From Eledone cirrhosa (lineage: Eukaryota): 64,000 nucleotides of DNA. Position numbers and translations under genes: made by a program. The stretch spans positions 1 through 64,000 of the forward strand of contig CAXHJY010001712.1 in assembly GCA_964016885.1 (NCBI GenBank), given 5' to 3'. Each line of letters begins with the position of its first letter. Positions within the stretch are counted from its first letter, which is position 1. The notes beneath the pieces were generated by a model that was not told the origin of the DNA, did no database searches, and saw nothing but the letters and a program-made list of their open reading frames with translations. This document shows positions 43,545-59,300 of this stretch, one piece after another.

Positions 43545-44375
43545 GAATGAGGCTAGATGTGATGCAGTTTAGATTTATGCCAGACAGGGCACTACCGATG
43601 CCCTCTTTCTGATGAGATAGCTACAGGACTGTAGCATTTGTAGATCTGGAGAAGGTATTTGACAGGGTCCCATGCTCTATAATCTTGTGGGCACTGTGCA
43701 GGCCATGTATAGAAGACCAACCAACAGGATGGGAGTTGGCAATAAATACAGTGATGAATTTGAAGTGCAGATGAGGTCCACCAGGGATCAGTCCTCATTC
43801 CACACCTGTTAATCATCATCATTTAGGAGGCCATCACTGTGGAGTTTAAAACTGGAACTCCATGGGAGCTCCTATATGCTGACTACCTAGTCCTCATAGG
43901 TGAATCTGTAGGAGAGTTAGAGACAAAATTTCAAGCATGGAAGAAGAACCTAGAATTGAAAGGCCTAAAAATAAATTTAGTGAAGACGAAAGTCTTCATA
44001 AGTAGGAAAGAAGACAGGAAGGTGATCCCATCAGGGAAATGGCCTTGTTCAATATGTCAGAAAGGGAAGGGCAGAAATTCCATAAGGTGCATACAATATA
44101 AACTATGGACACACAAGAGATGTAGTGGAATCACTGGTAGGCTCATGGAAAATATAGACTTTACATGCAGCAGATGCACAGAAGTGAATACAAAGTGCAC
44201 ATGTGAATTAGATTCCTTCAGTAAACGGGCGAAAGAGGGGGGGGGGCTCTCTAGAAGTTGTGGACAGCTTTTGTTACCAAGGCGATCAAATTAGCAGTGG
44301 GGAGGATGTGGCAAAAGTTTGATAGTTAGGATAAGAACAGGGTCGAAGAATTTTAAAGATCTGTTACCGCTGTTA
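43545..44375 (+). mobile_element. Degenerate RTE RT-domain fragment abutting the satellite
   Basis: AFVDLEKVFDRVP, VHQGSVL, PWELLYADYLVLI, KTKV...PSGKWPCSIC. Confidence 0.88.
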
Positions 44376-47300
44376 TTTTTGTTGTGACACCTACATGACC
44401 ACTTTACAGTGTGGACTGGGTGATTTTTGTTGTGACACCTACATGACCACTTTATAATATGGTCTGGGTAATTTTTGTTGTGACACCTACATGATCACTT
44501 TACAGCGTGGACTGGGTGTTTTTTGTCATGACACCTACATGACTAATTTTCAGTGTGGACTGGGTGTTTTTTGTTGTGACAACTACATGACCACTTTACA
44601 GTGTGGACTGGGTGATATTGTTGTAATACGTACATGACCACTTTACACTGTGGAATGGGTGATTTTTGTTGTGACACGTACATGACCACTTTACAGTGTG
44701 GGCTGGGTAATTTTTGTTATGAAACCTACATGACCACTTTACAGTGTGGACTGGGTGATTTTGTTGTGACACCTAATGACCACTTTACAGTGTGGGCTGG
44801 GTGATTTTTGTTGTGACACCTACATAATTACTTTATAGTGTGGTCGGGGTGATTTTTGTTGTGACACCTACATGACCACTTTACAGTGTGGGCTGGGTGA
44901 TTTTTGTTTGACAGCTACATGACCACTTTACAGTGTGTACTGGGTGATTTTGGTTGTGACACCTACATGACCACTTTACAGCGTGGACTGGGTGTTTTTA
45001 GTCATGACACCTACATGACCACTTTACAGTGTGGGCTGGGTGATTTTTGTTGTGACACCTACATGACCACTTTACAGCGTGGACTGGGTGTTTTTAGTCA
45101 TGACACCTACATGACCACTTTACAGTGTGGGCTGGGTGATTTTTGTTGTGACACCTACATGAACGTTTACAGTGTGGACTGGGTGATTTTTGTTGTGACA
45201 CCTACATGACCACTTTACAGTGTGTACTGGGTGATTTTGGTTGTGACACCTACATGACCACTTTACAGTGTGGGCTGGGTGATTTTTGTTGCGACACCTA
45301 CATGACCACTTTACAGTGTGGGCTGGGTGATTTTTGTTGTGACACCTACATGACCACTTTATAATGTGGTTTGGGTAATTTTTGTTGTGACGCCTACATG
45401 ACCACTTTACAGCGTGGACTGGGTGTTTTTAGTCATGACACCTACATGACTACTTTACAGTGTGGACAGGGTGATTTTGGTTGTGACACCTACATTACCA
45501 CTTTACAGTGTGGACTGGGTGATTTTTGTTGTGACACGTACATCACCACTTTACAGTGTGGGCTGGGTGATTTTTGTTATGAAACCTACATGACCACTTT
45601 ACAGTGTGGAGTGGGTGATTTTTGTTGTGACACCTACATAATTACTTTATAGTGTGGTCGGGGTGATTTTTGTTGTGACACCTACATGACCACTTTACAG
45701 TGTGGGCTGGGTGATTTTTGTTGTGACACCTAGATGACCACTTTACAGTGTGGACTTGGTGTTTTTTGTCGTGATACTTAAATGACCACTTTACAGTGTT
45801 GACTGGGTGTTTTTTGTTGTGACAACTATATGACCACTTCACAGTGTTGGCTGGGTACTTTTTGTTGTGACATCTACATGACCACTTTACAGTGTGGACT
45901 GGGTGATTTTGTTGTGACACCTAATGACCACTTTACAGTGTGGACGGGGTGATTTTTGTTGTGACACCTACATGACCACTTTACAGTGTGGACAGGGTGA
46001 TTTTTGTTGTGACACCTACATGACCACTTTACAGTGTGTACTGGGTGATTTTTGTTGTGACAACTACATGACCACTTTACAGTGTGGGCTGGGTGATTTT
46101 TGTTGTTATACATACTTGACCTCTTTACAGTGTGGACCGGGTGGTATTGTTGTGACACCTACCTGACCACTTTACAGTGTGGGCTGTGTATTTTTTGTTG
46201 TGACGCCTACATGACCACTTTACAGTGTGGGCTGGGTGTTTTTTGTCATGACACCTACATGACCACTTTACAGTGTGGACTGGGTGATTTTTGTCATGAC
46301 ACCTACATGACCACTTTACAGTTTGGACTGGGTGATTTTTGTCATGACACCTACATGACCACTTTACAATGTGGACTGGGTGATTTTGTTGTGACAGCTA
46401 CATGACCACTTTACAGTGTGGACAGGGTGATTTTTGTTTAGACAACTACATGATCACTTTACAGTGTTGACTGGGTGATTTTTATTGTGACACCTACATG
46501 AACATTTACAGTGTGGAATGGGTGATTTTTGTTGTGACACCTACATGACCACTTTACAGTTGACTGGGTACTGTTTGTTGTGTCACGTACATGACCACTT
46601 TACAGTGTGGATTCGGTGATTTTTGTTGTGACACCTACATGACCACTTTACAGTGTGGACTGGGTGATTTTTGTTGAGACACCTACATGACCACTTTACA
46701 GTGTGGGCTGGGTGATTTTTGTTGTGACACCTACATGACCACTTTATAATGTGGTTTGGGTAATTTTTGTTGTGACACCTATATGACCACTTTACAGCGT
46801 GGACTGGGTGTTTTTTGTCATGACACCTACATGACTACTTTTCAGTGTGGACTGGGTGTTTTTTGTTGTGACAATTACATGACCACTTTACAGTGTGGAC
46901 TGGGTGATTTTGGTTGTGACAACTACATGACCACTTTACAGTGTGGAATGGGTGATTTTTGTTGTGACACGTACATCACCACTTTACAGTATGGGCTGGG
47001 TGATTTTTGTTATGAAACCTACATGACCACTTTACAGTGTGGACTGGGTGATTTTTGTTGTGACACCTACATGACCACTTTACAGTGTGGACTGGATGAT
47101 GTTTATTGTGACACCTACCTCACCACTTTACAGTGTGGACTGGGTGATTTTTGTTGTGACACCTACATGACCACTTTACAGTGTGTACTGGGTGATTTTT
47201 GTTGTGACACCTACATGACCACTTTACATTGTGGGCTGGGTGATTTTTGTTGTTATACATACTTGACCTCTTTACAGTGTGGACCGGTTGGTATTGTTGT

Positions 47301-50300
47301 GACACCTACCTGACCACTTTACAGTGTGGGCTGGGTACTTTTTATTGTGACGCCTACATGACCACTTTACAGCGTGGGCTGGGTGTTTTTTGTCATGACA
47401 CCTACATGACCACTTTACAGTGTGGGCTGGGTGATTTTTGTCATGACACCTACATGACCACTTTACAGTTTGGACTGGGTGATTTTTGTCATGTCACCTA
47501 CATGACCACTTTACAATGTGGACTGGGTGATTTTTTTGTGACAGCTACATGACCACTTTACAGTGTGGACAGGGTGATTTTGTTTAGACAACTACATAAT
47601 CACTTTACAGTTGACTGGGTACTGTTTGTTGTGTCACGTACATGACCACATTACAGTGTGGACTGGGTGATTTTTGTTGTGACACCTACATGACCACTTT
47701 ACAGTTGACTGGGTACTGTTTGTTGTGTCACGTACATGACCACTTTACAGTGTGGATTCGGTGATTTTTGTTGTGACACCTACATGACCACTTTACCGTG
47801 GGGACTGGGTGATTTTTGTTGCGACACCTACATGACCACTTTACAGTGTGGGCTGGGTGATTTTTGTTGTCCCACCCACATGACCACTTTAACGTGTGGA
47901 CTGGGTGATTTTTGTTGCGACACCTACATGACCACTTTACAGTGTGGGCTGGGTGATTTTTGTTGTGACACCTACATGTCCACTTTATAATGTGGTTTGG
48001 GTAATTTTTGTTGTGACACCTACATGACCACTTTACAGTGTGGACAGGGTGATTTTTGTTTAGACAACTACTTGATCACTTTATAGTGTTGACAGGGTGA
48101 TTTTTATTGTGACACCTACATGACCACTTTACAGTATGGACTGGGTGATTTTTGTTGTGACACCTACATGACCACTTTACAGTTGACTGGGTACTGTTTG
48201 TTGTGTCACGTACATGACCACTTTACAGTGTGGATTCGGAGATTTTTGTTGTGACACCTACATGACTACTTTACAGTGTGGACTGGGTGATTTTTGTTGT
48301 CCCACCTACATAACCACTTTACCGTGTGGACTGGGTGATTTTTGTTGCGACACCTACCTGACCACTTTACAGTGTGGGCTGGGTGATTTTTGTTGTGACA
48401 CCTACATGACCACTTTATAATGTGGTTTGGGTAATTTTTGTTGTGACACCTACATGACCACTTTACAGCGTGGACTGGGTGTTTTTTGTCATGACACCTA
48501 CATGATTATTTTTCAGTGTGGACTGGGTGTTTTTTGTTGTGACAACTACATGACCATTTTACAGTGTGGACTGGGTGATTTTTGTTGTGACACCTACATG
48601 ACCACTTTACAATGTGTACTGGGTGATTTTTGTTGTGACACCTACATGACCACTTTACAGTGTGGGCTGGGTGATATTTGTTGTTATACATACTTGACCT
48701 CTTTACAGTGTGGACCGGGTGGTATTGTTGTGACACCTACCTGACCACTTTACAGTGTGGGCTGGGTACTTTTTGTTGTGACGCCTACATGACCACTTTA
48801 CAGTGTGGGCTGGGTGATTTTTGTCATGACACCTACATGACCACTTTACAATGTGGACTGGGTGATTTTGTTGTGACAGCTACATGACCACTTTACAGTG
48901 TGGACTGGGTGATTTTTGTTGTGACACCTACATAATTAATTTATAGCGTGGTCGGGGTGATTTTTGTTGTGACACTTACATGATCACTTTACAGTGTGGG
49001 CTGGGTGATTTTTGTTGTGACACCTAATTGACCACTGTACAGTGTGAACTGGGTTTTTTTTGTCGTGATACATAAATGACCACTTTACAGTGTTGAATGG
49101 GTGTTTTTTGTTGTGACAACTATATGACCACTTTACAGTGTGGTCTGGGTGTTTTTTGTTGTGATTACTACATGACCACTTTACAGTTGACTGGGTACTT
49201 TTTGTTGTGACACCTACATGACCAGTTTACAGTGTGGGCTGGGTGATTTTTGTTGTGACACCTACATGACCACTTTACAGTGTGAACCGGGTACTTTTTG
49301 TTGTGACACCTACATGAACATTTACAGTGTGGACTAGGTGATTTTTGTTGTGACACCTACATGAACATTTACAGTGTGGACTGGGTGATTTTTGTTGTGA
49401 CACCTACATGACCACTTTATAATGTGGTTTGGGTAATTTTTGTTGTGACACCTACATGACCACTTTACAGTTTGGACTGGGTGATTTTTGTCATGTCACC
49501 TACATGACCACTTTACAATGTGGACTGGGTGATTTTGTTGTGACAGCTACATGACCACTTTACAATGTGGACAGGGTAATTTTTGTTTAGACAACTACAT
49601 GATCACTTTATAGTGTTGACAGGGTGATTTTTATTGTGACACCTACATGACCACTTTACAGTGTGGACTGGGTGATTTTTGTTGTGACCCCTACATGACG
49701 ACTTTACAGTTGACTGGGTACTGTTTGTTGTGTCACGTACATGACCACTTTACAGTGTGGATTCGGTGATTTTTGTTGTGACACCTACGTGACCACTTTA
49801 CAGCGTGGTCTGGGTGTTTTTTGTCATGACACCTACATGATTACTTTTCAGTGTGGACTGGGTGTTTTTTGTTGTGACAACTACATGACCATTTTACAGT
49901 GTGGACTGGGTGATTTTTGTTGTGACACCTACATGACCACTTTACAGTGTGTACTGGGTGATTTTTGTTGTGACACCTACATGACCACTTTACAGTGTGG
50001 GCTGGGTGATTTTTGTTGTTATACATACTTGACCTCTTTACAGTGTGGACCGGGTGGTATTGTTGTGACACCTACCTGACCACTTTACAGTGTGGGCTGG
50101 GTACTTTTTGTTGTGACGCCTACATGACCACTTTACAGTGTGGGCTGGGTGATTTTTGTCATGACACCTACATGACCAATTTACAATGTGGACTGGGTGA
50201 TTTTGTTGTGACAGCTACATGACCACTTTACAGTGTGGACAGGGTGATTTTTGTTTAGACAACTACATGATCACTTTATAGTGTTGACAGGGTGATTTTT

Positions 50301-53300
50301 ATTGTGACACCTACATGACCACTTTACAATTTGGACTGGGTGATTTTTGTTGTGACACCAACATGACCACTTTACAGTTGACTGGGTACTGTTTGTTGTG
50401 TCACGTACATGACCACTTTACAGTGTGGATTCGGTGATTTTTGTTGTGACACCTACATAACCACTTTACAGTGTGGGCTGGGTGATTTTTGTTATGAAAC
50501 CTACATGACCACTTTACAGTGTGGTCTGGGTGATTTTTGTTGTGACACCTACATAATTAATTTATAGTGTGGTCGGGGTGATTTTTGTTGTGACACCTAC
50601 ATGATCACTTTACAGTGTGGGCTGGGTGATTTTTGTTGTGACACCTAATTGACCACCGTACAGTGTGAACTGGGTTTTTTTTGTCGTGATACATAAATGA
50701 CCACTTTACAGTGTTGACTGGTTGTTTTTTGTTGTGACAACTATATGACCACTTTACAGTGTGGTCTGGGTGTTTTTTGTTGTGATAACTACATGACCAC
50801 TTTACAGTTGACTGGGTACTTTTTGTTGTGACACCTACATGACCAGTTTACAGTGTGGGCTGGGTGATTTTTGTTGTGACACCTACATGACCACTTTACA
50901 GTGTGAACTGGGTACTTTTTGTTGTGACACCTACATGAACATTTACAGTGTGGACTGGGTGATTTTTGTTGTGACACCTACATGAACATTTACAGTGTGG
51001 ACTGGGTGATTTTTGTTGTGACACCTACATGACCACTTTAGAGTGTGTACTGGGTGATTTTGGTTGTGACACCTACATGACCACTTTACAGTGTGGACTG
51101 GGTGATTTTTGTTATGAAACCTACATGACCACTTTACAGTGTGGACTGGGTGATTTTTGTTGTGACACCTACATAATTGCTTTATAGTGTGGTCGGGGTT
51201 ATTTTTGTTGTGACACCTACATCACCACTTTACAGTGTGGGCTGGGTGATTTTCGTTGTGACACCTAGATGACCACTTTACAGTGTGGACTAGGTGTTTT
51301 TTGTCGTGATACTTAAATGACCACTTTACAGTGTGTATTGGGTGATTTTTGTTGTGACACCTACATGACCACTTTACAGTGTGGGCTGGGAGATTTTTGT
51401 TGTTATACATACTTGACCTCTTTACAGTGTGGACCGGGTGGTATTGTTGTGACCCCTACATGACCACTTTACAGTGTGGGCTGGGTACTTTTTGTTGTGA
51501 CGCCTACATGACCACTTTACAGTGTGGGCTGGGTGTTTTTTGTCATGACAGCTACATGACCACTTTACAGTGTGGACTGGGGGATTTTTGTCATGACACC
51601 TACATGACCACTTTACAGCTTGGACTGGGTGATCTTTGTCATGACACCTACATGACCACTTTACAATGTGGACTGGGTGATTTTGTTGTGACAGCTACAT
51701 GACCACTTTACAGTGTGAACAGGGTGATTTTTATTGTGACACCTACATGACCACTTCACAGTGTGGACTGGGAGATTTTTGTTCTCACACCTACATGACC
51801 ACTTTACTGTGTGGATTCGGTGATTTTTGTTGTGACACCTACGTTACCACTTTAAAGTGTGGACTGGGTAATTTTTGTTGTGACACCTACATGACCACTT
51901 TACCGTGTAGACTGGGTGATTTTTGTTGCGACACCTACATGACCACTTTACAGTGTGGGCTGGGTGATTTTTGTTGTGACACCTACATGACCACTTTATA
52001 ATGTGGTTTGGGTAATTTTTGTTGTGACACCTACATGACCACTTTACAGTGTGGACTGGGTGTTTTTTGTTGTGACAACTACATGACCATTTTATAGTGT
52101 GGACTGGGTGATTTTGTTGTAACACGTACATGACCACTTTACAGTGTGGAATGGGTGATTTTTGTTGTGACACCTACCTCACCACTTTACAGTGTGGACT
52201 GGGTGATTTTTGTTGTGACACCTACCTCACCACTTTACAGTGTGGACTGGGTGATTTTCGTTGTGACACCTACATGACCACTTTACAGTGTGGATGGGGT
52301 GATTTTTGTTGTGACACCTACATGATCACTTTAGAGTGTGGACTGGGTGATCTTTGTTGTGACACCTACATGACCACTTACAGTGTCGACTGGGTGATTT
52401 TCGTTGTGACACCTACATGACCATTTTACAGTGTGGATGGGGTGATTTTTGTTGTGACACCTACATAACCACTTTACAGTGTGGACTGGGTGATTTGTGT
52501 TGTGTCACCTACATGGCCACTCTACAGTGTGGACTGGGTGATTTTTGTTGTGACACCTACATGACCACTTTACAGTGTGGACTGGGTGATTTGTGTTGTG
52601 TCACCTACATGGCCACTCTACAGTGTGGACTGGGTGATTTTTGTTGTGACACCTACATGACCACTTTACAGTGGACTGTGTACTTTTTGTTATGAAACCT
52701 CCATGATCACTTTACAATGTGGACTGGGTGATGTTGTTGTGACACCTAATGACCACTTTCCATGTGGACTGGGTGATTTTTGTTGTGACACCTACATATC
52801 TACTTTATAGTGTGGTCGGTGTGATTTTTTTTGTGACACGTAAATGACCACTTTACAGTGTGGGCTGGGTGATTTGTGTTGTGACACCTACATGGCCAAT
52901 TTACAGTGTGGACTGGGTGTTTTTTGTCATAACACCTACATGACCTCTTTCCAGTGTGGACTGGGTGTTTTTTTTGTTGTGATAACTACATGACCACTTT
53001 ACAGTGTGGACTAGGTGATTTTGTTGTTACATGTACATGACCACTTTACAGTGTGGAATGGGTGTTTTTTGGTGTGACACGTACGTGACCACTTTACAGT
53101 GTGGTCTGGGTGTTTTTTGTTGTGACAACTACATGACCACTTTACAGTGTGGGCTGCGAGATTTTTGTTGTGACACCTACATGAACACTTTACAGTGTGG
53201 GCTGGGTACTTTTTGTTGTGACACCTACCTCACCACTTTACAGTGTGGTCTGGGTGATTTTTGTTGTCACACCTACATGACCACTTTACAGTGTGGACTG

Positions 53301-56300
53301 GGTGATTTTTGTTGTGACACCTACATGACCACTTTGCAGTGTGGACTGGGTGATTTATGTTGTGACACCTACATGACCACTTTACAGTGTGGACTGGGAG
53401 CTTTTTGTTGTGACATCTATATGAACACTTTACAGTGTGTGCTGGGTGTTTTTTGTTGCGACACCTACATGACAACTTCGCAGTGCGGACTGGGTGTTTT
53501 TTGTTGTGACACCTACAAGACCACTTTACAGTGTGGAATGGGGGATTTTTGTTGTGACACCTACATGACCACTTTAGAGTGTGGACTGGGTGATTTTTGT
53601 TGTGACACCTACATGACCACTTTGCAGTGTGGACTGGGTGATTTGTGTTGTGACTCCTACATGACCACTTTACAGTGTGGACTGGGTGATATTTGTTGCG
53701 ACACCTACATGACCACTTTACAGTGTGAATGGGTAATTTTTTTTGTGACACCTACATGACCACTTTACAGTGTCGACTGGGTGATTTTTGTTGTGACACC
53801 TACATGACCACTTTACAGTGTGGACGGGCTGATTTTTGTTGTGACACCTATATGACCACTTTACAGTGTGGACTGGGTGATTTTTGTTGTGACACCTACA
53901 TGACCACTTTACAGTGTGGACTGGCTGTTTTTTGTTCTGACAACTACATGACCACTTTACAGTGTGGCCTGGGTGATTTTTGTTGTGACACCTACATAAT
54001 TACATTACAGTGTGGACTGGGTGATTTTTGTTGTGACACCTACATGACCACTTTACAGTGTGGGCTGGGTGATTTTTGTTGTGACACCTACATGACCACT
54101 TTACAGTATGTACTGGGTGATTTTTGTTGTGACACCTACATGACCACTTTACAGTGTGGACGGGGTGATTTTTGTTGTGACACCTACATGATCACTTTAC
54201 AGTGTGGACTGGGTGATTTTTGTTATGAAACCTCCATGACCACTTTACAATGTGGACTGGGTGATGTTGTTGTGACACCTAATGACCACTTTCCATGTGG
54301 ACTGGGTGATTTTTGTTGTGACAACTACATATCTACTTTATAGTTTGGTCGGTGTGATTTTTTTTGTGACACGTAAATGACCACTTTACAGTGTGGGCTG
54401 GGTGATTTGTGTTGTGACACCTACATGGCCACTTTACAGTGTGGACTGGGTGTTTTTTGTCATAACACCTACATGACCTCTTTCCAGTGTGGACTGGGTG
54501 TTTTTTTTGTTGTGATAACTACATGACCACTTTACAGTGTGGACTAGGTGATTTTGTTGTTACATGTACATGACCACTTTACAGTGTGGAATGGGTATTT
54601 TTTGGTGTGACACGTACGTGACCACTTTACAGTGTGGTCTGGGTGTTTTTTGTTGTGACAACTACATGACCACTTTACAGTGTGGGCTGCGAGATTTTTG
54701 TTGTGACACCTACATGAACACTTTACAGTGTGGGCTGGGTACTTTTTGTTGTGACACCTACCTCACCACTTTACAGTGTGGTCTGGGTGATTTTTGTTGT
54801 CACACCTACATGACCACTTTACAGTGTGGACTGGGTGATTTTTGTTGTGACACCTACATGACCACTTTGCAGTGTGTACTGGGTGATTTTTGTTGTGACA
54901 CCTACATGAACACTTTACGGTGTGGACTGGGTGATTTATGTTGTGACACCTACATGACCACTTTACAGTGTGGACTGGGAGCTTTTTGTTGTGACATCTA
55001 TATGAACACTTTACAGTGTGTGCTGGGTGTTTTTGTTGCGACACCTACATGACAACTTCACAGTGCGGACTGGGTGTTTTTTGTTGTGACACCTACATGA
55101 CCACTTTACAGTGTGGAATGGGGGATTTTTGTTGTGACACCTACATGACCACTTTACAGTGTGGGCTGGGTGATTTTTGTTGTGACACCTACATGACCAC
55201 TTTGCAGTGTGTACTGGGTGATTTTTGTTGTAACACCTACATGAACACTTTATGGTGTGGACTGGGTGATTTATGTTGTGACACCTACATGACCACTTTA
55301 CAGTGTGGACTGGGTGTTAGTTGTCATGACACCTACATGACTACTTTTCAGTGTGGTCTGGGTGTTTTTTGTTGTGACAACTACATCACCACTTTACAGT
55401 GTGGGCTGGGTACTTTTTGTTGTAACACCTACATGACCACTTTACAGTGTGGACTGGGTGTTTTATGTTATGACACCTACGGGACCACTTTACAATGTGG
55501 ACTGGGTGCTTTTTGTTGTGCCACCTACATGACTCACTTTATGGTGTGGACTGGGTGATTTTTGTTGTGACACATACATGACCACTTTACAGTGTGGATT
55601 GGGTGATTTTTGTTGTGACACCTCCATGACCACTTTACAATGTGGGCTGGGTGATTTTTGTTGTGACACCTACATGACCACTTTACTGTGTGGGCTGGGT
55701 GATTTTTTGTTGTGACACATACATGACCACTTTACAGTGTGGACTGGGTGATTTTTGTTGTGACACCTACATGAACACTTTGCAGTGTGTACTGGGTGAT
55801 TTTTTTTGTGACACCTACATGACCACTTTATGGTGTGGGCTGAGTGATTTATGTTGTGACGCTACATGACCACTTTACAGTGTGAACTGGGTGTTTGTTG
55901 TCATGACACCTACATGACCTCTTTCCAGTGTGGACTGGGTGTTTTTTGTTGTGATAACTACATGACCACTTTACAGTGTGGACTAGGTGATTTTGTTGTT
56001 ACATGTACATGACCACTTTACAGTGGAATGGGTACTTTTTGTTGTGACACCTACATGACCACTTTACAGTGTGGTCTGGGTGATTTTTGTTGTGACACCT
56101 ACATGACCACTTTACAGTGTGGACTGGCTGTTTTTTGTTGTGACAACTACATGACCACTTTACAGTGTGGCCTGGGTGATTTTTGTTGTGACACCTACAT
56201 ATTTACGTTACAGTGTGCGCTGGGTGATTTTTGTTGTTACACCTACATGAACACTTTACAGTGAGTACTGGGTGATTTTTGTTGTGACACGTACATATCA

Positions 56301-59300
56301 CTTTACAGTGTGGGCTGGGTGATTTTTGTTATGAAACCTCCATGAACACTTTACAGTGTGGGCTGGGTGATGTTGTTGTGACACCTAATGACCACTTTAC
56401 AGTGTGGACTGGGTGATTTCTGTTGTGACACCTACATATCTACTTTATAGTGTGGTCGGGGTGATTTTTTTTGTAACACGTACATGACCACTTTACAGTG
56501 TGGGCTGGGTGGTTTGTGTTGTGACACCTACATGGCCACTTTACAGTGTGGACTGGGTGTTTTTTGTCATAACACCTACATGACCTCTTTCCAGTGTGGA
56601 CTGGGTGTTTTTTTTGTTGTGATAACTACATGACCACTTTACAGTGTGGACTAGGTGATTTTGTTGTTACATGTACATAACCACTTTACAGTGTGGAATG
56701 GGTATTTTTTGGTGTGACACGTACGTGACCACTTTACAGTGTGGTCTGGGTGTTTTTTGTTGTGACAACTACATGACCACTTTACAGTGTGGGCTGCGAG
56801 ATTTTTGTTATGAAACCTACATGACCACTTTACAGTGTGGACTGGGTGATTTTGTTGTGACACCTACATGACCACTTTACAGTGGTATGGGTACTTTTTG
56901 TTGTGACACCTATATCATCAATTTACAGTGTGGACTGGGTGATTTTTATTGTGACACCTACATCACCACTTTGCAGTGTGGACTAGGTGATTTTTGTTGT
57001 GACGCCTACCTGTCCACTTTACAGTATAGGCTGGATGATTTTTGTTGTGACACCTATATGACAACTTTACAGTGTGGACTGGGTGATTTTTGTTGTGTCA
57101 CCTACATGACCACTTTACAGTGTGGACTGGGTGATTTTTGTTGTGACACCTACATGACCACTTTACAGTGTGGGCTGGGTACTTTTTGTTGTGACACCTA
57201 CCTCACCACTTTACAGTTTGGTCTGGGTGATTTTTGTTGTGACACCTACATGACCACTTTGCAGTGTGTACTCGGTGATTTTTGTTGTGACACCTACATG
57301 AACACTTTACGGTGTGGACTGGGTGATTTATGTTGTGACACCTACATGACCACTTTACAGTGTGTGCTGGGTGTTTGTTGTCATGACACCTACATGACCA
57401 CTTTCCAGTGTGGACTGGCTGTTTTTTGTTGTGACAACTACATGACCACTTTACAGTGTGTACTGGGTAGTTTTTGTTGTGACAACTACATGACCACTTT
57501 ACAGTGTGGACTGGGAGCTTTTTGTTGTGACATCTACATGAACACTTTACAGTGTGGAATGGGGGATTTTTGTTGTGACACCTACATGACCACTTTACAG
57601 TGTGGGCTGGGTGATTTTTGTTGTGTCACCTACATGACCACTTTGCAGTGTGTACTGGGTGATTTTTGTTGTGACACCTACATGAACACTTTATGGTGTG
57701 GACTGGGTGATTTATGTTGTGACATCTACATGACCACTTTACAGTGTGGACTGGGTGTTAGTTGTCATGACACCTACATGACTACTTTTCAGTGTGGACT
57801 GGGTGTTTTTTGTTGTGACAACTACATCACCACTTTACAGTGTGGGCTGGGTACTTTTTGTTGTAACATCTACATGACCACTTTACAGCGTGGACTGGGT
57901 GTTTTATGTTGTGACACCTACATGAGCACTTTACAGTGTGGACTGGGTGATTTTTGTTGTGCCACCTACATGACTAACTTTATGGTGTGGACTGGGTGAT
58001 TTTTGTTGTGACACCTACATACCCACTTTACAGTGTGGACTGGGTGATTTTTGTTGTGACACCTACATGACCACTTTACAGTGTGGATTGGGTGATTTTT
58101 GTTGTGACACCTCCATGACCACTTTACAATGTGGGCTGGATGATTTTTGTTGTGACACCTACATGACCACTTTACTGTGTGGGCTGGGTGAATTTTGTTG
58201 TGACACATACATGACCACTTTACAGTGTGGACTGGGTGATTTTTGTTGTGACACCTACATGAACACTTTGCAGTGTGTACTGGGTGATTTTTGTTGTGAC
58301 ACCTACATGACCATTTTATAGTGTGGACTGGGTGATTTTGTTGTAACACGTACATGACCACTTTACAGTGTGGAATGGGTGATTTTTGTTGTGACACCTA
58401 CCTCACCACTTTACAGTGTGGACTGGGTGATTTTTGTTGTGACACCTACCTCACCACTTTACAGTGTGGACTGGGTGATTTTCGTTGTGACACCTACATG
58501 AACACTTTACAGTGTTGATTAGGTGATTTTTGTTGTGACACCTACATGATCACTTTAGAGTGTGGACTGGGTGATCTTTGTTGTGACACCTACATGACCA
58601 CTTACAGTGTCGACTGGGTGATTTTCGTTGTGACACCTACATGACCATTTTACAGTGTGGATGGGGTGATTTTTGTTGTGACACCTACATAACCACTTTA
58701 CAGTGTGGACTGGGTGATTTGTGTTGTGTCACCTACATGACCACTTTACAGTGTGGACTGGGTGATTTGTGTTGTGACTCCTACATGACAACTTTACAGT
58801 GTGGACTGGGTGATATTTGTTGCGACACCTACATGACCACTTTACAGTGGACTGTGTACTTTTTTGTTGTGACACCTACATGACCACTTTACAGTGTGGA
58901 CTGGGTGATTTGTGTTGTGACTCCTACATGACCACTTTACAGTGTGGACTGGGTGATATTTGTTGCGACACCTACATGACCACTTTACAGTGTGAATGGG
59001 TAATTTTTTTTGTGACACCTACATGACCACTTTACAGTGTGGACGGGGTGATTTTTGTTGTGACACCTATATGACCACTTTACAGTGTGGACTGGGTGAT
59101 TTTTGTTGTGACACCTACATGACCACTTTACAGTGTGGACTGGCTGTTTTTTGTTCTGACAACTACATGACCACTTTACAGTGTGGCCTGGGTGATTTTT
59201 GTTGTGACACCTACATAATTACATTACAGTGTGGACTGGGTGATTTTTGTTGTGACACCTACATGACCACTTTACAGTGTGGGCTGGGTGATTTTTGTTG